Shown here piece after piece: positions 58,204-64,000 of a DNA stretch of 64,000 bases. Source of the stretch: the human T2T-CHM13v2.0 reference genome, Homo sapiens; assembly GCF_009914755.1 (NCBI RefSeq), contig NC_060927.1, one strand, 5' to 3'. Within the stretch, counting starts at the first letter, position 1. Every line of letters begins with the position of its first letter. Made by a program: the position numbers and the translations under genes. The notes beneath the pieces were generated by a model that did no database searches, had not been told where the DNA came from, and was given only the letters and a program-made list of their open reading frames with translations.

Positions 58204-58439
58204 AACGCTATTATACATTCCATTTTCTACACTATAATTTCAGTAATAACCACTATATTCAAGTTGCTATTCATCCTTTCCAAATAACATTTTTTAAACT
58301 TTTTACTATGTGTCTGTGTATATATGCCTATCTCCATAAGCAAGCGATATGATAACACTTTGATTAGTTATTTTCCTATCCATATGTCATTTTTGTTTTG
58401 TAATAATAGTTTTTAATTTATTTTTGTTATCTTAATACA

Positions 58440-59000
58440 GTGCTTTGAACTCCCAATTTATTGTAGAAAATAAGCAGAATAGTACTTATTCTTGTTTTTT
58501 ACCAGAAACATATCACAATTCAATAAAAAGGCATTTTCTACATTTTCATAAACATCTTTCATCACATCGTAATTTGCCTAGTATTCCTATTTTGTTAAGA
58601 ATGTTATCAAGAACATCTTGAAAGGTTGCAAATACTTTTTCTCAATCTACTATATTATCATACGACATTTCTATTTTATTTTACTATGTGTTGGAAAATA
58701 ACATTATCTATTCTTGCATTTCTAGACTATATCTTATTTGGTGATGACATAATGTTATCATCTTTGTTGTTTTTAAATACACAGTTAGATTTGTTTTGTT
58801 AATATTTCAATGTGTGTTTATGCTCATAAATATGATTGGAGTGTACTTATTTGATACTCTTATCAATCTCCTTTTGTGATATCAAGGATATTTAGTTTCA
58901 GGAATAAGATGACAAATTTCTCTGACTGCTTCAAGTTTTGGAAAGCCTTTGGTGAAGAGAGAGATTGTTCTGTTTTTTTCTTTAAATTTGTGTATAATAG
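58440..59000 (-). mobile_element. Ancient L1M ORF2 fragment
   Basis: Weak antisense motifs (ctagtattcctattttgttaaga; caaatactttttc; ttgttaatattt). Confidence 0.5.
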
Positions 59001-59214
59001 TCTAGTGATTTTTTAATTTTTTATAAGGCAGAGATTTTTGAGAGAATATATATTAAAATTATACAGATGATACTTAGTTTCAGGTATAATCATATGTTCT
59101 ACTTTTAGGAACTGAATTTAGCACTAAAACATATTTATTTCCTCTTTTCTCAAATGTATTTTGATAATTTTTATTTTAAAGTCTGTACCATATGTACGTT
59201 ATGCATTGTTTTTT

Positions 59215-59690
59215 ATTTCCCCAAAATAAGGCAGAAATACTCATAATTATCATAATCTTATTAGGACCATGTGGTTTTATCTGGTGTTTATATAACTACT
59301 TTATTTCACTACCCCTTGCATCCTTCATTGCCCTCAGCAAGCACCTCAGTTGATCCTGGCTTCTTACCTAGGGTGGTGATCAAACCATAATTCTTGGATC
59401 ATTAGCATTCCTCTCTGATTTGGACTGTTGTAGTTTTTCATTGACTTCAAATATAAATCCTGGGAGGAACAGGAGGTGCCCTATGAAATTTCCCACATTC
59501 TATATCAACTTCTTTATCAATTCAGTCTCTCCTTATTAGCCACGATCAACCTCAGCCCCCTCAGCTAGTCCACAACCCCTATCTTTGACTGTTGACTCAG
59601 AAACTGGAAGAGCAAAATGTTCCAAAGTGGGGAGATCTCAATATCCAGTTCAATTGTGTACTTTTTTTTTACTTTGGTGAAAGCTTTTCA
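59215..59690 (-). mobile_element. ERVL internal fragment (degraded dUTPase region and 3' end)
   Basis: Minus strand: ttgaactggatattgagatctccccactttgg (LNW.LR..HFG), gtcaatgaaaaactacaacag, ctgaggtgcttgctgagggcaa. Confidence 0.75.
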
Positions 59691-59694
59691 CTCT

Positions 59695-61065
59695 TCTTTA
59701 ACATTTTGTTTATACAAATTTATGGGATAAAAGTGTAATTTTATTACATGAATAAATTTTGTAGTGGCGAAGTCAGGGATTGTAGTGTATCCGTCACTAA
59801 AATAATGTACATTTTACTCATTAAGTTATTTCTCATCATCCACCCCCTCCCACCTTCCTGCCTTCCAAGTCTCCACTGTCTATCATTCCACACTTACAAC
59901 CACGTGTACACATTATTTAGCTACCACTTATAAATGAGAACATGCTATATTTGTATTCCTGTATCTGAGTTATTCCACTTAAGATAATGGCTTCTAGTTC
60001 CATCCATCTTGTCTCAAAATACATTATTTCATGATTTTTTTTACTGTATTAGTATTTTATTAGGTATATACACCACATTTTCTTTATCTAGTGGGCACTT
60101 TTAGGTCGATTCCAGTTTTTGCTAGTGAGAATAGTGCTGTAATAAATATACAAGTGCATATATATATATATATATATATATTGCCTTTGGGTTTGATATC
60201 CAGTAGCAGGATTTCTGGATCAAATGGTAGTTTTTTGAGAAATCTCTATACTGTTTTCCACAGACATTGTACTAATTTACATCCCTACCAACATCTGTTA
60301 TTTTTTCTTTTTAATTATAGTCATTTGATTGGTGTAAGATTATATCATTGTTTTAATTTGCATTTCTCTGGTGATTAGTGATGATAATGTTTTCTTAACT
60401 TTGTTGGTCATTTTTATGGCTTCTTTTGAAAAATGTCTATTCATGTCTTTTGCCAAGTTTTCAATAGGATTATTTGTTTTTTGTTGTTGTTGAGTTGAGT
60501 TCTTTGCAAATTCTGTATATTAGTCCCCTATTGAATATATAGTTTGCCAATATTCCTCCTATTCTGCAGGTTGTCTATTCACTCTGTTGATTATGATTAT
60601 TATTATTAGCTTTGAAAAAGCTTTTAAGTTTAGTTAATTCCCATTTGTCTATCTTTGTTTTTATTGCCTATGCATTTAATTTCTTAGGAATGAATTCTTT
60701 ACCGAAACTGATGTCCAGAAAAGTTTTTCTTTTAGTATTTTACAGTTTTAGGTCTTATATTTTAAGTCTTTAGTCCATCTTGAGTTGATTTTTTTTTATA
60801 TGTGAGAGATAGGGGTCCAGTTTTATTCTACTGTGTATGACAATCCAATTTTCCTGGCACGACTTTTTGAAAACAATGTGTTTTACCCAGTGTATATTTT
60901 TGTCAATTTGTAAAAAATCTGTTAGCTGTAAGTATGTGGCTTTGTTTCCGGGTTCTGTATTCTGTTCCATCAATCTATGTGACTATTTTAATACCTGTAC
61001 CATGCTGTTTGGTTACTATAAGCTTGTAGGGTAATTTGAAGCCAGGTAATGTGATGCTTCTACAA
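59695..61065 (-). mobile_element. 5'-truncated L1PB3/4-like LINE-1
   Basis: Antisense 3'UTR gtagtggcgaagtcaggg...cattaagttatttctcatc; ORF2 end remnants. Confidence 0.85.
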
Positions 61066-61066
61066 C

Positions 61067-61682
61067 TGAGACGTTTCCATTGTTCTGTAACAATATTATT
61101 GCACGCTTAGTGGCTGAAAACAACATACTTTTTTTTTTTTTTTTTTGGTTCACAGTTTCCAAGAGTCATAACCCAGGAACTGCTTAGCTGGCACCACTTT
61201 TTAGGGACTCACGAAGCTTCAATCAAGGTATTGGTCAGGGCTTGGTTTGCATATGAGGGCTTGACTGAAGAACATGATTCCTCACTCGTGGTTGTTGGCA
61301 GAGTTCAGTTCCTTCTTGTTATACAATTGAGGACTGAAGTTTATTGCTAGCTATTTAATAGAGGCCATCCTTAACTCATTTTCTTCAGTGCCTGGAAGCC
61401 AGCAAAGTTTTTTTTGCCATATGGTGTCACAGAACATGTCAGCTTACTTTTTCACAGCTATCCATAGAAGGAAAGACTCTAAGAAAACAAGTGCTACCAT
61501 CATATTAAAAGTAATAGTAATCAGATAATCACCAGCACTTAATAATGTATATTCTATCATCTTTGCCTTTTTCTATTGGTTAGAAGCAAGTCACAGTCCC
61601 CTCCATACTCAAAGAGAAGGAATCACACAAACACATGCAAACCAAGAGGAACAGGGCCACCTTCAAAATCTGTCTGCCATGA
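61067..61682 (-). mobile_element. MLT1E-type MaLR solo LTR
   Basis: gtggttgttggcagagttcagttcctt; ctattggttagaagcaagtcacag; ends tctgtctgccatga. Confidence 0.78.
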
Positions 61683-61703
61683 TACACACAAACATATATT
61701 TCC

Positions 61704-61736
<33 letters not shown>

Positions 61737-62848
61737 TAATATACATATATACTTACTTTTATATCAAAACATGCAGATATTTGTAAGATCTATACTTGAA
61801 AAGAGTTTTTTTTAATAAACTGTTCCTTTTATCTTTGAAATGATTTATTTCTTACCATATAACACATTTTCCCTTAAAGACATCTTTGCTGGTAATGACC
61901 TTATTACACTAGCATACTTTTAATTAATCTTGTTTCATCTCTTTACTTTCATTTTTTTGGTCATGTTTCAGTAACATGTAAATAGCATATAGGTCATATT
62001 AGATTTTTTAAATTTAATCTGTGATTTTCTGTCTTATAGGTAACTTTAACCCTTTATTTTTGAAGGCTATTGTATTATGTGGCATGTTATTAAATGTTTT
62101 ATATTACCAATATTTTGGTAAAATTTTATCTTGTGTTATTATAACTAGTAAGCTTTATTTTCTTTTACCCCATTTTTCTTTCACTGTTGGTATATATACA
62201 TCATATTTTGAATAGTCCTTTAAAGACATAAAAGTTTAACATCTTTACTTGCAATTTAATCAATATTTTTTCTTTCTTAATTGAGTAGTGACAATATTTT
62301 ACCTTTTATTCTCAGCTACCAATACTTTTACATTTTCTTAAATTAGTCCTTTTACATAAATTTTCATAGTAAACTATTATTTAAAATGACCTATATATTG
62401 ACCAAATTTTTGGTTTATTCATATTTCTTATACTTCCATATATATATTTATGGTTTTGGTTTATTTCTTATTTATGTACATAAGATGATAAGCACCCTGT
62501 GTTTTTATTTATAAAATATATTTAATTCCTGTGTGTTTTTGAAGTTCCATAGGAGATGATTATTTTCTCAAATTTAGTACATATTTTAACTTTTTATTAT
62601 CATGTTTGTTTTTCTCATATGTATGTATTCATTAAAATTATCACCATTTTGCCACCCTTTAAGTGGTGTTACATGGTGTTGGTCCGAAGATACAGTGATG
62701 TCAGTGATACTGGAACACTTTTTTTGTGTCGACTGCTTACTTGGAGTTCCTAAACCGCCACCAAGGAGATAGTAGGGAAGACTAATGCTTCAATGTCTCT
62801 TGGGTATAATATCTTCCCATCTGTGATGGCTAATACTGAGTGTCAACT

Positions 62849-62859
62849 TGATTGGATTG
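62849..62859 (-). promoter_or_regulatory. DUX4-type motif in MLT2A LTR (tgattggattg)
   Basis: Near match to TAAYYYAATCA at the position expected in MLT2A LTRs; activity unknown. Confidence 0.5.
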
Positions 62860-63322
62860 AAGGATGCAAAGCATTGTTCCTGAGTATCTGTGAGAGTGTT
62901 GTCAAAGGAGATTAATATTTGAGTCAGTGGACTGGGAGAGGCAGACCCACCCTCAGTCTGGGTGGGCACCATCTCATCATTCGTCAGCATGGCTAGAATA
63001 AAAGCAGGAACAAGAACGTGGAAAACCTGAACTGGCTAAGTCTTCTGGCCTCCATTTGTCTTCCATGCTGCGTGCTTCCTGCCCTCAAACATCACACTCC
63101 AAGTTCTTCAGCTTTTGGACTCTTGGACTTACACTAATGATTTGCGGGGTCTCTTGGGCCTTTGGGCCTTTGGCCACAGACTGAAGGCTGCACTATCGGC
63201 TTCCCTATTTTAGAGGTCTGGGGACTCAGACTGGCTTTCTGGCTCCTCAGCTTGCAAGACAGTCTATTGTGGGACTTCATCTTGTGATCGTGTGAGTCAG
63301 TACTCCCAATAAACTCCCCTTT

Positions 63323-63346
63323 ATGTGTGTATGTATACTTATATGC

Positions 63347-63387
<41 letters not shown>

Positions 63388-63397
63388 CATATATATA

Positions 63398-63443
<46 letters not shown>
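63323..63443. repeat. Interrupted (TA)n/(TG)n microsatellite
   Basis: Seen directly. Confidence 0.95.
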
Positions 63444-63444
<1 letters not shown>

Positions 63445-64000
63445 TATTAGTTCTATCCATCTAGAGAACCCTAACTAATACACCATCCAAATACCTAACA
63501 TGGATATAAACTTTATAACCACTTGTCTGAGCTATTGAGATACGTTTTATACTTTCTGTTAACCACAAGTGTTTTGAGGTATAAGTTATAGATACAAAAG
63601 ATCTTATAAATGCATATTATTGAAAATCTATACTCATTACTTTCTATTATAGATGTAAAGTCTTCACATTCTTTTGTCTTTCTCAGGTTTTACTAAAAAG
63701 GTACACATTTACTCTTTAATTTTACTATTCTTACTTAACACTTTAATAAGAATAGCCCAATGTTATTATAATAGAGTGGAAATACTAGATAATTTATCTT
63801 GCTATTCTTTCCAAAATATTTTATCTTTCACGAAGAGCCCTCTCGATGGGAGATTTCTTATCTGTTAAATATGAATATTTTTATTTTTGATTCCTTTGAA
63901 AAATTTTCCATCTTTCACACTTCTTTTAGGGTATGATTTTCCTTATAATTGTGCACATTTTTTTCCTCTAATCCATGTATAACAGCTCCTGTTGTTTCCT

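Larger units (their letters stand above)
62822..63482 (+). mobile_element. MLT2A2-like (HERV-L) solo LTR with expanded (TA)n
   Basis: tgtgatgg...tgtcaacttgattggattgaagg start, ...ctaataca end, perfect TSD ccatc (62817-62821 / 63483-63487). Confidence 0.93.

Noticed and set aside
59215-63482. ERVL internal fragment and MLT2A LTR as one provirus
   Set aside because: Opposite strands, different divergence, and the LTR has its own TSD

Overview
AT-rich, gene-poor primate genomic DNA, almost certainly human because it contains a human-specific L1Hs. I cannot support any protein-coding gene, RNA gene or CRISPR array; the long ORFs come from L1 ORF2 or are chance ORFs in GC-rich LTRs. Much of the window is layered transposon debris: L1s of many ages, Alu/FLAM, MIR, L2, MaLR, ERVL and ERV1 LTRs, and Tigger/hAT DNA transposons, several nested with readable target-site duplications (TSDs). 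The best items are: a young pre-Ta L1Hs with a twin-primed 5' inversion (14223-15822); an older twin-primed L1; a near full-length L1MA carrying repair scars (a 77-bp templated insertion copied from 1.9 kb away, a perfect 36-bp palindrome, an L1 insertion-mediated deletion); a perfect 24-bp inverted repeat in unique DNA; full THE1 and MLT1A proviruses; DUX4-type motifs in THE1 and MLT2A LTRs; and two possible minus-strand exons. I found no evidence of an undescribed biological system. Subfamily names are from my recollection of consensus sequences, not a database search.
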